Shown: one piece after another, positions 14,049 through 27,039 of the stretch
Layout of the letters: each line of letters opens with the position of its first letter
Numbering within the stretch: position 1 is the stretch's first letter
NCBI GenBank assembly: GCA_043228905.1
Contig: JBHGNT010000005.1
Location: 17,236,001 to 17,300,000, forward strand
DNA length: 64,000 nucleotides
Source: Azolla caroliniana
Lineage: Eukaryota > Plantae > Polypodiophyta
Direction of reading: 5' to 3'
Notes under the pieces: generated by a model
The model's database searches: none
What the model was told of the DNA's origin: nothing
Seen by the model: the letters and a program-made list of their open reading frames with translations, nothing else
Program-made: the position numbers and the translations under genes

Positions 14049-15711
14049 ATTATCAAATGAAATTGTCAACATCCCATCATTGAGTTTGAAATTTGAGTGT
14101 CACCTAATTAAAAGGGTGTCGAATTCTTGAAATTAGAAGGTGCAAGTTGGAGTTCCATCACTTGACAAATTTCCATTATATCATAATATTCACCTCCACA
14201 CGCAGAAATCCCTACCGAAATTTGTGTCACAACACTTGAAAAAATGGCCGAATAGTAAGAACTATGGGTTTGAATCCCACCTCCCGCAAACTTGGGGCTG
14301 ATTTGGGAAGTATTTCACAGGTAGTGGTCAAAGTTCCAAGCCAAAAATTCCATTGCAATCATTGTGTAATTGGAGTCACCAAAAACACAACTTACAACTC
14401 TCTTGTATTACATACAATCTCAAAACATGAAGGAGGATATATTTTTCACAATTTACATCGATTCGGAATGGGAGAAATAAAATCAAGATAGTAACACATT
14501 TTAGAATGGATAACCCTTTTTTTATGTGGGGTTGAAAGAGATTAAGATAAAGAAGATATAATTACATGACTATAATTTTGGTGAAAAATGACTACACATT
14601 ATCATAGTTATTATGATTAAGTGATCCCTATTACTACTATGTATTCCTATTAAGTATGTGCTTAACTAATTCGGCATGTTCAACCATGATAGACTTTGTA
14701 TTTTGATTGCATTTGGGTCTAAATCCTAACCTATGGGGTCCAAAATGCTCACAAGATGGAGCATGCCCTTGCCATTGTTCAGTTCATAATCCACAATATC
14801 ACGACTAGTCAACATAACCAACCATTTGACATATTTGAGCAAGTGCCACGTAATAGCCAACTAGAGTAGACTCCCATGATCAACATAATCCTTTATGACT
14901 TACGAAACTTGGCAATGAGTTTATAAATCACTGCCATAAGAGTTATTGGTTGTCAATTTGAGAGAGATTGACACAATTTCTTTCTAGTATTAAATTGACT
15001 GAACCTTCGTCCCATGATATATCATATAGGATTCTAGGAATACCTCAATGTTGCCAAACTTTATTGGCCATGTGTAGTGTTGCATACTTGAGAACATTCC
15101 AAAATCTGTGATGAGGTTTATAGCTCATACATTTGTGAATGTTGCATCCAAATTAGACACTTTATTAGCTCCATTAATGGGCCAAACAAATGTTATAATA
15201 ATATTGTTTAATTGTAGATGTGACTACTACACTATTCCCGGAGACATGACAAAAATAGAGTATGCATTTGCCATGTCCCATTGTAAGTGTGGTTGGCAAG
15301 CACTTGTGTCTTGGTCAACATTTCTCCAACCAATTGTCTAAATACTAACAACATGTTGTCTTAGTTAAGATGCCTACTACTATTTGGTAAGCATAGTGTG
15401 AAAAGTTGTTGTAAGTCCAACTTTGAAGATGGATGGACGAGTGCTCACTACTAGTATATAGTAGACAAGACGTGTCTATATGAGAGAGACTTCATTAGAT
15501 GGTTTGATGACGATTTACTTCTCTCTTGTTTTTTTCTGTTCCTACTCCCACCTTCCACATGGTTAGCTCTGTTAGTTCGGTGCCCAGTGTTGTTGATATA
15601 GCTAAGCCTACAACTAAATTAAAGAAAGAAAGAAAGAATAGTGCAACACTGTAACATTGGGCCCGACCGAGTACATACGTATGTCAAACTCCATCCATCC
15701 ATGCATACCAG

Positions 15712-16001
15712 TCATACATGCATACATACACACACATACATACATACATACCTACCTACCTACCTACATACGTACGCACGTACATACATACATACATACA
15801 TACATACGTACATGCGTACAAATTACAATACATACATACACACATACACACATACATACATACATACATACATACATACATACATACATACGTACGTACG
15901 TACGTACGTACGTACATGCGTACAAATTACAATACATACATACACACATACACACATACACACATACATACATACATACATACATACATACATACATACA
16001 T
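15712..16001. repeat. Compound (TACA)n/(TACG)n microsatellite with internal duplication
   Basis: Directly visible; the block CATGCGTACAAATTACAA occurs twice. Confidence 0.95.
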
Positions 16002-16012
16002 GCTTACAAGGA

Positions 16013-16252
16013 AAGCCCACATATTGCGTTAGTCCGGATAGAGTGTGAAATCGACTTACCTGCTACGACCTAAACCCTAATTTTGTTTCTTCACTCCGAT
16101 TCCTCTCTTCCCCATACACCTCCCCCCCCCCCCCCTCCCCTTTCGCCTGTTAGGGTTTAGGTACCTCCCTAGGGTTAGGGTTAACGCTTTTGACTGACAT
16201 TAGGGTTAGGGCTTCTCACGTTATTTTTGGCTGAAGTTGGGGGTTTAGGTTT
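16013..16252 (+). promoter_or_regulatory. Telo-box / site II type promoter and 5' region of the hnRNP gene
   Basis: AAACCCTAA at about 16072, several TAGGGTT(T/A) at 16150-16250, and AGCCCA at about 16014. These motifs are typical upstream of plant RNA-processing and translation genes. Confidence 0.55.
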
Positions 16253-16257
16253 TGAAG

Positions 16258-18145
16258 ATGGACTCTGATCAGGGCAAGATATTCGTGGGCGGGATCTCGT
16301 GGGAAACATCAGAGGAGAAACTGAAAGAATATTTCGGTTCCTTCGGCACAGTCTCGGAAGCGGTAATCATGAAGGACCGTGCGACGGGACGCGCCCGTGG
16401 CTTTGGCTTTGTCGCCTTCTCCGATCCCGAGGTTGCAGATCGGATCCTCACGCTCTCACATTCCATCGATGGCCGAGTGGTAATCATATCAATCTTCTCA
16501 TCCTCGTTCCCCCCTTCATTTTAATTCCTAAAAAAATTTAGCTCCTGTAATGGGATATTTAAATCTGTCTGGCAGTGGAAGTTGTCATTAATCAGAGATT
16601 AGATTCTGTACCCCAGGGTTAATCAGGATTTCTAGTTGTAATTTGGTTTCTTAGGGTTTCTAATTGTAATTTGGTCCTGTAATTGGCCCAAGCACAATAT
16701 TTGAGATTGTGAAAGTAAATGTAGGCATCAGTCTGAGCAACTAGGTTCTCTAATTGTAATTAAACCGGATAATTGAAGGTTAAGAACTGTAATTAGGGTG
16801 CTGATCATAATCAGGTTACAGAACTCAGCAATTCTGGCAGATGGGCACTCAACTCTGTAATTATGTGTTTGGATGTACGTTTCAGTATGTAGGATTGCAA
16901 ATTATAATTGATTGCCATTTCCCAAAGGAATTTCGGCTCTGACTTCACACTTTCAGGTTTTGAGTGTGGGCCAGGATTCTGGTGTCAATCTTTAAATTTA
17001 TGAGATCCTTCAGGCTAGGGTTTATTTGATTAAGTTTTCTGCAACTTCAGGATTAGGGTTGTTCAGGTAGTCAATGTTGCAATTTCTTTAGAGTGAGGTA
17101 TTAGTACCATATAATTAAATCCTTATTGTATATGTATTCAATCTGATTTCTGCAGGTTGAGGTCAAGAAAGCCGTGCCCAGAGATGAACGACAAGCATTT
17201 TCCAAGGCCAATAATGGGTCGGGTCCAACATCGGGAAACCAAAATAAGACCAAAAAAATCTTCGTGGGTGGGCTTGCATCCTCTTTAACCGAAGAAGATT
17301 TTAGGGTTTATTTCTCTCAATTCGGTAACATAACCGATGTCGTAGTGATGTATGATCCTGACACGCAGAGGCCGCGCGGATTTGGGTTCATCACATTCGA
17401 TTCGGAGGAGGCAGTCGAGAAGGTCTTGTCACAAAAAGCCTTCCATGAGATACATGAGAAGCTAGTGGAAGTGAAGAGGGCGGTGCCACGAGACCCATCT
17501 GGAGGAGGAGGAGGAGGTGGGGGCGGGGGTGGATTCACACCCGGCCGAGCTTTTAACAATGGATATGGTGTGCAAGGAAGCATTCCTCATGAGTCAGTGG
17601 GGAATGGAGGAGCATATGGTGGTTTGGCGGGCCGATACCATGGTCGGGGAGGTGGTGGTGGTTTCCCACCTTACGGTTATGGACCTCCTAGTTATGGTAT
17701 GCCAATGAATGGTCATTTTGGTGGGGCCGGTGGGCCGGGGTACCCCCCAGCTGGTGCAGCAGCCTATGGATATGGTAATTCTCCGGCCTCTGGTTACCTG
17801 GGTGGTGGTTATATGGGTGGCCAGCCTGGTGTAGGCAGTTATATGGGCGGGGGCGGCGGTTATTTGGGCGCCCAACCAGTCGGCCCCAGGAGCCCTTGGG
17901 GAAGCTCAGCTTCGAGCCCTGGCGGTTACGGTGGTAATGGTTATTGGAACCCGCCTGGCCCGGGTGCCGTAGTCCCTCTCACGAATGGTACACATTCGGG
18001 ATATGGTTATGGATCGAATGAAGCGAATCAAAATTTGGGGCCGGCTGCTATGCCTTCCGATCCCGCCTCATTCGGTGTGACCGGACGGCCATCTCAACAA
18101 CGTGCCCCCGATGCACGGTTCCGGCCATTTCCCGTTGCCGGGTAA
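16258..18145 (+). CDS. hnRNP A/B (Musashi/HRP1-like) RNA-binding protein: two RRMs plus Gly/Tyr-rich tail
   Basis: Exons 16258-16479 and 17156-18145. RNP2 KIFVGGI/KIFVGGL; RNP1 RGFGFVAF/RGFGFITF; C-terminal RFRPF. Confidence 0.95.
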
Positions 18146-19762
18146 TTGAGTGGCATGATTTTTCATGGATGAGCTCTCATTGCTCCTCAGTTGTAAAGTT
18201 TGGCCTTCGTGTTCAGCCTCTCTTGTTAGAATTCGAGCAAAACCAACATCATTTGATACATTTTATTGAGATAAGGATTCATTTGTTAAGTCATTGTACT
18301 CGTGCATATGACTTTTATTGACGTGATTTATTTTTCAATACATTTTCACTAATCGTGGAGGATACGCCATGCTACTTCTTTCTCGGGTGTGGATTTTTAA
18401 AAGAAAAGCACATCTTCCTCTCTGATGACAATGCATTCAATATCAACAATGCAAGGGTTTTGAGTTCAGTTTGGTCGATTGGTTTTCATTCATTTGAATC
18501 GGTCGCGTAATTTGACTCTAGTACCAATTGGATCTCGATACATAGATTACTAGCATCCTTGGGAAACTGAATATATGATGTATTTTGGGAGACCGACTAT
18601 AGAGAATTAATTGAATGTTTTGCAGTAGGATCTCTCACTTTTATGATTAATGCAATTACGCATATTGATGCAATGTACTCAGGGCATTCGGTGCGTAATA
18701 TTTAAGAAACATATGTTGCAATATTACTATGTGTATGTAGCCGATACAAAGTCAGAGTTACTAATACAATTCTGATTATATGTATATGAGATGTAGAACT
18801 AGGTGTCTGTCACTAGTTACATGATATATCTAGCAAGTGACATAATCATGTTGTGGTAAGAGATTTTACCACCTTTTACATAACATAGAAATGGGGCATC
18901 AACATGGTTTCGTGAGTTTCATGTAATGTATTGCTGCATGCCAAGGACACATTGGCACCAAATTATAGTAAATGATAGTGTCAAGGGCAAATTGTACAAT
19001 ACTTTAAACAAGATGCTCCCCCATGGCATGTAAAGATTGATGCATGACCATTTTTGTCTCTACCAACAATACATGCTTAGCCATATTTATCTCCAAGGAA
19101 AATGATATGGGTAAGATTACCAATGTACACTTATTCAATGTTTAGGCTCTCTTTTAATAACATGAAACACGATATGAACACATGTTTGTTTATATGATTA
19201 AAGCAATGATGAGGAGTTGAGTTCCTATTAATTTAAGGTTTTAATTACTATTTACTATTTAAGATATAATTCATGTGATTAGGACCCACAAAGCATATAC
19301 ATGTACTTTTGCTAACAAATGTACACTTTTTTGTCTTGGTATATATACCTATACATGCAATCGTCCATCCCTTGCCCATCATCTCGACCCATTGCTTCTA
19401 AATGGCGTAGCTCACATTCTCTTATGTATGAGGCGTTTGGGGCATTAACAAGGAGACTTGTTGACTATGCATATTTTGTCGTGAGCAAGGTTACGATTCA
19501 AAAGTATTACACTCTATTACAACGCTCCATCTTCAGATCGCATTGAAAATTGGCTTTCCATGTATTGTCAATCTGGCCTTGTCCCATACCCCCTCAAATT
19601 TTCAAATAGTCAAGGTGCTGCACTCTTAACATGCCACATTCATGAGTAAAAAATTCTCGTAACATTGACCGAGAATCGCCACTACTCCAACTCCACCCGC
19701 TAAAATAATGTAAACAATACTACGCGATCCCATTTGTCCTAATTGATCTCCGAGGATAGCAA

Positions 19763-19890
19763 TACCAAGGTGCCCATAAACCCCAATCATATATATGTAC
19801 ATATGCATATACCAAGGTGCCCATTAACCCCAATCATATATGGACATATATGCATACCAAGATGCCCATAAGCCCCAATCATATATGATA
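19763..19890. repeat. Short tandem repeat, about 46 bp x3
   Basis: TACCAAG(G/A)TGCCCAT..CCCCAATCATATAT repeated three times. Confidence 0.8.
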
Positions 19891-20546
19891 TATGTATGTA
19901 TATATTATGTATATATTTTGGCTTCCCACGAACAAATGTGGCCGGAAACATATAATGGCTTTGCTGTGTTTCCATGGCTGATGCCGCCCCCTAATGGCAT
20001 CTTTTTTTATGCAGAGATCGGACCTCCCCTCTTCTGCACAAGTCTTATCAGTTGGTGACTTCTCTGTTTTCTCTTCAGCAACCCCCCTGTTCTTCTTACT
20101 GGAATTGATTTTGGCCCAGTGTAATCTTTTCCATGTTGATCCTTTGATTCTCTTGATTCATGTGTTTTTATCAATGTTCTCTCCGTACATAACCTAGGGT
20201 TAGGATAGTCGTAGGTTGAGGAAATTTGTCCATTGGAGTGTCACTCTGGAGTCTGAACCCTAAACCCTAAACCCTGAATAAGCCAGAAGACCTAAAGCCT
20301 AGATAAACTGTAGGACCCCAACACTAAATATACCCTGAATCTGCCCGCACCAATGAGGCAAAGATTGCGGAAGAATGACCTCAATGAAGCCGTTGTGTAC
20401 TTGTGGTGTGTTCATGTGCCTGAATGTAGGTGTCATGTGTGTGATCACATGATGGGAGCACACGGGAGAAGACCTCATGTGTATGCATATATATTGTGTC
20501 CATAGTCTTCTTTTCTTCGGTCTAGGCTCACTAAAAGCTTGGTCAT

Positions 20547-22322
20547 ATGATTGGGTGGAGAATAGACACGCTAGTCATATGGTCATATTTCAGGGGCTGG
20601 CCGCCACACTCAGTGATACTATGCAAGGAATTCACAACACTACTACAATGTAAGAAACTCAGAAAGGAAACCAAGTTAGAAAACGTTTATGGTCTAGAAG
20701 ACCTAGATCACCAACCCCTTAAAGGCTGTCAAAATGGGCATTCAAGCAAGGCAGATGTTGTGACACATTTCACTACTCTTCTCCAGAAATGTGGTAATGC
20801 ACGATCGCTTGCTGATGCAAAGCGTATCCATGCTCAAATCAAAAGGAATGGGCTTGAGCAAAACACCAGCTTAGCCAACCGCCTCATTTGGACATATGAT
20901 AAATGTGTCAGTCCGAAAGATGCATGGGAGACCTTTAGGACCATTGTTAAGAAAGATATTGTGGCATGGAACATGATGATTGGATCTTATGCACATCATG
21001 GGCATGGATCTCTTGCACTTAAAGTGTTCCATAACATGATGGAGGCGGCCGTGAGACCTGACAAAGTCACATTCCTTAATGTACTCAATGGTTGCAATAA
21101 GCCATTTTCTTTGGATGATGGAAGAGCTTTACATGCTTGCATTCTCAACAACGCTTATATGGACTTGGATATTGCAGTGTCCACTTCCCTTGTGAATATG
21201 TATGGGAAATGTGGTAATGTTGAGGATGCATACAGTGTCTTCAAGAAAATGCCAAAACGTAATGTGATCTCATGGACTGCGATGGTATCAGCATATGCTC
21301 AGCAAGGATCAAGCAAAGCGGTAATCCAGATTTTCTCCCAGATGCTCCAAGCAGGTGTACTCTTGAACAAGATAACCTTTGTTTCTATTCTAAACTCGTG
21401 CACAAATCCACAAGCTTTACCTGATGGAAAACGTTTCCATTCTTATATAGTCGAGCGGAAACCTGATCTCGGGAAAATTTTAGGCACTGCTCTGGTGAGC
21501 ATGTATGGAAGATGTGGAAGCTTGAATGATGCCCGATATATATTCGACAATTTGCATTCAAAGCACGATGTAGTTTTGTGGACAGCTATGATCACGGCAT
21601 ACACGGATTATGAGGCTTCGAATGAAGCCCTAAGTCTCTTTCAAAGCATGGTATTGCATGAGGTGAAAGCAAATAAAATCACATTTGCAAGCATTCTTGA
21701 AGCATGCTCCAATGTGGCTGCTTTTATAGAAGGAAAGCTTCTCCATTTGCATGTTATCGATGAAGGTATTGAGAAAGACCTCGTAGTTTGCAATGCACTT
21801 ATCAATATGTACAGTAAATGTGGAAGCATTAAGGATGGTCATATTGTCTTTAAGAATATGTCTAAACATGATGTGATATCATGGAATGCCTTGATCTCTG
21901 GGTATGCGCAACATGGCCATGGGAAAGAGGTTATACCACTTTTTCAACAAATGCAACAAGAGAGAGTAAGGCCAGATAAGATTACCTTTATTAGTGTGCT
22001 TTCAGCATGTAGTCATGCTGGCTTGGTTCATGAAGCTTGCTATTATTTCACATTAATGAAGGCAGAATACTGCATTAAGCCAAATGTTGAGCATTATCGC
22101 TGTGTAGTTGATCTTCTTGGAAGAGTGGGGAGGGTTGAAGAGGCCGAGGAGCTTATCAGAGACATGCCATATGTGCCTGGTTCCATGGCGTGGTCAAGTT
22201 TGCTTGGTGCTTGCAAAGTGCATGCCAATGTCAGTCATGGAAAAGATGCTGCTGGACATGTGCTTGAGTTCAATTCCAGAGATGTTGCTGCTGTCTCAAT
22301 GTTATCAAACGTCGCAGTTTAA
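20547..22322 (+). CDS. PLS-class PPR protein with truncated E domain, no DYW
   Basis: Intronless 591-aa ORF. Repeated LVxMYGKCG / DVISWNALI / PDKITFISVLSACSHAGL motifs; ends WSSLLGACKVH...MLSNVAV*. Start codon is uncertain. Confidence 0.9.
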   Translation: MIGWRIDTLVIWSYFRGWPPHSVILCKEFTTLLQCKKLRKETKLENVYGLEDLDHQPLKGCQNGHSSKADVVTHFTTLLQKCGNARSLADAKRIHAQIKRNGLEQNTSLANRLIWTYDKCVSPKDAWETFRTIVKKDIVAWNMMIGSYAHHGHGSLALKVFHNMMEAAVRPDKVTFLNVLNGCNKPFSLDDGRALHACILNNAYMDLDIAVSTSLVNMYGKCGNVEDAYSVFKKMPKRNVISWTAMVSAYAQQGSSKAVIQIFSQMLQAGVLLNKITFVSILNSCTNPQALPDGKRFHSYIVERKPDLGKILGTALVSMYGRCGSLNDARYIFDNLHSKHDVVLWTAMITAYTDYEASNEALSLFQSMVLHEVKANKITFASILEACSNVAAFIEGKLLHLHVIDEGIEKDLVVCNALINMYSKCGSIKDGHIVFKNMSKHDVISWNALISGYAQHGHGKEVIPLFQQMQQERVRPDKITFISVLSACSHAGLVHEACYYFTLMKAEYCIKPNVEHYRCVVDLLGRVGRVEEAEELIRDMPYVPGSMAWSSLLGACKVHANVSHGKDAAGHVLEFNSRDVAAVSMLSNVAV

Positions 22323-24290
22323 ATTGTGAACAATGTATATGCGTCTCATTGCAAAAGAATTGTATTATGGCAAAAATCGTGCAGTTCATGCATGTGTACA
22401 ACCACGCTTATGCTTCCATTTCTTAAAAGACCTACTCAGACACCAATCATTCCTATAAAAGCTTCATGAAAGGGATAATTCAAGTTCAATGTGCTATTCC
22501 TGTAAGGTATAGCTGTTAGATTTGGGTTTAATGCTGAATCTGGGTCTTTCCACAAAGTTCCACATACTGTTCCAAGATATGATGCTATTGGTTATTTGAT
22601 GATGTTGACTAGGTCCCTATACGAGCAAGGTTATTGTTGCAACTGAGGAAAGCAATTTGTTTTCTAACGTTGGTGTAAAGAAAGGGTAAATGGAAATTTT
22701 TCCTTTTGAGAGAAAAACCACAACAACTAGCGTTGTGCTATTTGTAAATTGTATTTTCTTCATTTGCTTCTGCATTATGGATGTTCAGGTCAAGATTTTA
22801 GTATACATTACCTTTAACAGATGGTGGTATCACAAAGAACATATCAGCATTAGATTAATGAAGCCAACGACAAGATCAGTGTGGTCATCACAAAGTGATC
22901 TACATGTGGATTGAAGATAATCAAACCCTCACGTAGAAAGAGCAATGACAACAAGATAAGGTGCCAATTGCAAACGCATTTTGAGAATCAAAACAATCCA
23001 TGATAACCTCTTTTCTAGCCATGACCATGGTTAGAGCAAACATTTGCCAAGCTATTGATTACTGGTGAATTTTACTTTGAATGATTAAAGAAAAACTGAA
23101 TTATGATTAAGTGAGGAATTGTGCATAAACAATAGCTACACAATCAAAGAAATTTGATTGGATACACACACATGCACTGCTTGGCAAACAAGCAAACTAC
23201 TCTGAAAATGTTGGGTACCTTAGACTCAGAGTACAAGCCTATTTAAGATAGTAAATGTACCCACCACTCCCTCAGGAAAAAAGTGTCAAGTAATGATGAA
23301 ATATATCAATATTGTGATCCATCACTTTTCATGCATACAATACCTTGAAGAATTTAAATAATAATGAACAATTCTTTGCAAATTAGTGTGAACATTGCGT
23401 GTTTTAGGTTTCAATTTCGACCATCAGTTTATGAAAAGCTTAAGATAAGATATTAACTAGGATAATTTAGGAGAAAATTAGAGATGGTGGGTTTTAGAAT
23501 GTCAGTTTTTTAGGTTTTCATGCGAAAGTAGTCCTAGTTATCTTAAATTTGGTATTGTTATCAATGTTGTCTAGACACTATCCACTATCATCAAATATGC
23601 ACTCGCATCATCAAATGAAAAATAGAATAGGGTAATAACATTTTGCATTATCAACTCCCTCACAATATACATGCCATTATATGATTGCATTGTAATGGCA
23701 AAATCATCCGAATTTCTTGATGTTGAGACACTATCCACTATCGTCTACCGAAAAAAGAAGGGGCAATTCCACTTGGCGTTCTCAACTAACTTATGATATA
23801 TACAAAGATCATCATATGATTGCAATGCATTTGGTACAAGTTACAACCATCGGGATTTAGAAGCAAAAAACAGCATGCATCAAAACACAAAGACCGATCA
23901 AAATATGGAATACAACAACAACATGCGCCGAACTCAACCATGTATTTTTGGGGACAGCCGGAAATGTGGCCCGGGTGAGCCCTGTTGTAGTCTATATTGT
24001 CTGTCCAGCCTAGCATTGATCTCCCAATTGTAATTGTATCTATTATCAAGAAGAAAACAATGCAATGCATCATCAACCTCTAGATGGTGAAAACAGGGTT
24101 TGAAGCTCTGGAAGGGGTAGAGTTTTATACTTCAACAGTTTTATAGACGAGCGGTATTACATTGAATTATGAAAACCCAAACACAGTTTGTTGCTATAAT
24201 TTCAACTACCTTGATTGTTTTCTGAGATTCTTCTTATTTGGCTGTCTTTCTCCGAAGTCCAGATCAACCAGATTTCGTGTGCCTTGATGG

Positions 24291-26645
24291 GTGGTATTGA
24301 ATGTTATGCACATAACTATGACAGGCCAACCATCCCTGTGCTTCAAGCAACATTTCTTGCTAGTAGAGCTACTCAAGGTATGTGCCAAAACAAAGGATCT
24401 CCGGAAAGGGGTTAGTCTACATTCTTATATCCTTGAGAACGGTCTCTTTGAAAAGAATCCTTACATAGGTAGCAATTTGATCAATATGTATGTTAGATGT
24501 GACATGCTTACAAAAGCTCAACAAGTTCTTGATGACCTCCCTATACAAGATGTAGTGTCTTGGAATGCTCTCATTACTGGATATGTTCGCCTTGGGCAGG
24601 GTCACTCAGCAATACTTCATTTCCAACAAATGCAGAAAATAGGCCTTTCTCCAAATGAGGTAACTTATATTTGTGTCTTGAAAGCTTGTGGAAGCATTGG
24701 AGCAATAGATATGGGCAGCCAAATTCATGACGAGATTGTTGTTCAAGGCGTGTTGTTTAATACGAAGAAGAGGAAGGCAAATGTATTACTTGGGAATGCT
24801 TTGGTTGATATGTATGTGAAATGTGATATGCTTTCTAAAGCGCAAAAAGTTCTTGGAAATCTTCCTGGCCGAGATGCGATCTCTTGGTCTGTTGTTATAT
24901 CTGGATATGCCCAAGCAGGTCGAGGTGTAGAGGCACTTGAATGTTTTGATCGCATGCAAGAGGAGGGCTTCTCTCCAGATGATGTCACTTTTACTAGTGT
25001 TTTGAAAGCTTGCAGTAGCATAGGCGATCTTGACAAGGGAAAACAAATTCATGATCAAATCATCTGGAGGGGTTTTTTGCTAGAGGAAAAGCATGTTATG
25101 CTTGGCAATGCTTTAATGGATATGTATGCAAAATGTGGAATGCTTCCACAGGCACGACAAGTGCTTGAATTGCTTCCTGTCCGAGATATAGTCTCGTGGA
25201 ACACATTGATTGCAGGATATGTCCAAAATCAGCAATCTCATGAAGCATTGGATTGTTTTGCGCAAATGCAAAGAGAGGGTCTCTCTCCTGACGAGACGAC
25301 CTTGGCTTGCATCCTCAAGGTTTGTGGTAACACAAGAGACATCAATACAGGCAAGCAAATTTACAATGAAATTGTGGGCAAGGGATTGCTAAAGAAAAAT
25401 CTTGTCCTTGCCACTTCTTTGGTGGATATGTATGTTAAATGTGGTATGCTCAGAAAAGCCCGTCAAGTACTAGATGAGCTTCATGATAGAGACACAGTGT
25501 GTTGGTCATTGCTAATTGCGGGGTACGTCCATGAAGGACAAAGCTCTGAGGCATTTAAATGTTTTGAAGAGATGAGAAAGGAGGGTGTATGTCCAAATGA
25601 GGTCACTTTCATTTCCATTTTGAAGGCATGTGGTAGCATCAGAGCTATTAAAAAAGGTGAGCAAGTACACCATGAGATTACCATCCAGGGTTTGATTGGC
25701 AAAAACATTGCACTTTGCAATGCATTGGTTGATATGTATGCAAAATGTGGTCTACTTTCAAAAGCACGACAAGTTCTTGAAGACCTTCCAGTTAGAAATG
25801 TAGTCTCCTGGAATGCATTAATCACAGGATATGCTCAACATGAGCTAGGTCATGAAGTACTTAAATCCTATGCAAGTATGCTAAAGGATGGCAAATCTCC
25901 AAATGAGATTACTTATTCTTCCCTCTTAAAGGCATGTGGAAGTATTGGAGCTATCAATAATGGGGTACAAATTCACAATGAGATTGTAGAAAGGGGCTTA
26001 ATGGAAAAGAACATTGTGATTGGCACTGCATTGGTAGACATGTATGCCAAATGTGGCGTTCTTGAAAAAGCACAACAGGCACTCGAAGAGCTCCCAGTTC
26101 GAGATATAGTCTCGTGGTCGGTGCTAATTCAAGGATATGCACAACAGGGACAAAGTCATGAAGCTTTGAATTGTTTTGTCCATATGCAAAATGAAGGCCT
26201 CTTTCCTGATGAGATAACCTTTATATGTGTACTGAATGCATGTAGTCATAGTGGAGAAATGTGTAAGGCCCAAACGCTGTACGAGAATATGACCAAGAGA
26301 TTTGGGGTTGCACCAAAACTAAAGCATCATACGAGTATGGTGCTTGTTTTTGGGTGTGCTGGCCATTTTGATAAGGTGATATCTGTGATTGAGATGATGC
26401 CATCTTTCTATGATTGTTCTCTTTGGCTCGCACTATTGTGTGCTTGTAAGAAATGGGGAAATGTGAAGCTTGGACGACATGCTTTCGATCAAGCAATACA
26501 AATGAGTGACAATCTTGCGGCTGCTTATGTGCATATGGGTAGTATCTATGCAGATGCAGGGATGCAAGAGGACATGGAGAAGGTTCAAGCCATGCAAGTG
26601 ATGCTTCTTGGACAAAGCTCAGACGCAATATGCATGGGGGATTGA
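24291..26645 (+). CDS. PLS-class PPR protein, E subclass
   Basis: Intronless 784-codon ORF (first ATG at 24303). About six P-L-S triplets (ALVDMYAKCG..LPVRDIVSW..PNEITF); ends in an E domain (WLALLCACKKWGNVKLG..YVHMGSIYA). Confidence 0.93.
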   Translation: MVLNVMHITMTGQPSLCFKQHFLLVELLKVCAKTKDLRKGVSLHSYILENGLFEKNPYIGSNLINMYVRCDMLTKAQQVLDDLPIQDVVSWNALITGYVRLGQGHSAILHFQQMQKIGLSPNEVTYICVLKACGSIGAIDMGSQIHDEIVVQGVLFNTKKRKANVLLGNALVDMYVKCDMLSKAQKVLGNLPGRDAISWSVVISGYAQAGRGVEALECFDRMQEEGFSPDDVTFTSVLKACSSIGDLDKGKQIHDQIIWRGFLLEEKHVMLGNALMDMYAKCGMLPQARQVLELLPVRDIVSWNTLIAGYVQNQQSHEALDCFAQMQREGLSPDETTLACILKVCGNTRDINTGKQIYNEIVGKGLLKKNLVLATSLVDMYVKCGMLRKARQVLDELHDRDTVCWSLLIAGYVHEGQSSEAFKCFEEMRKEGVCPNEVTFISILKACGSIRAIKKGEQVHHEITIQGLIGKNIALCNALVDMYAKCGLLSKARQVLEDLPVRNVVSWNALITGYAQHELGHEVLKSYASMLKDGKSPNEITYSSLLKACGSIGAINNGVQIHNEIVERGLMEKNIVIGTALVDMYAKCGVLEKAQQALEELPVRDIVSWSVLIQGYAQQGQSHEALNCFVHMQNEGLFPDEITFICVLNACSHSGEMCKAQTLYENMTKRFGVAPKLKHHTSMVLVFGCAGHFDKVISVIEMMPSFYDCSLWLALLCACKKWGNVKLGRHAFDQAIQMSDNLAAAYVHMGSIYADAGMQEDMEKVQAMQVMLLGQSSDAICMGD

Positions 26646-27039
26646 AATGCTCATGTTGAGATACAAGTTAACATGGTGCGTAGAAGATGGATGCATCACT
26701 ATCCTTCCCTAGTGTCCATTAAAATAGAATATGCTGATGGTGTCATGTGCACATACATATCCTTAATAATGAGAATTCAAGAGGAAGGAAAGATATAGGC
26801 CCATGTGCATGTGGATGGATGGCTTTGTTCGCGAAAGTTTTGATAGCTATGGTTCGGACACAAGGGTGACGGTGTATTGATATGTAAAAGACTTCCATGG
26901 GTTATCTCTCTACGATGTGTTAAGACTAACGGCATACATAGGAAATTAATGAACTCAAATTGAGCAGAGATAGTTGAAGACAACTACCTAATCCATAATA
27001 CAGATGGCTATGGTGTAGACAGATCTGTACCAATTAAAG

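Noticed and set aside
15641-16073. His/Thr/Tyr-rich ORFs on both strands
   Set aside because: They are translations of the (TACA)n microsatellite.
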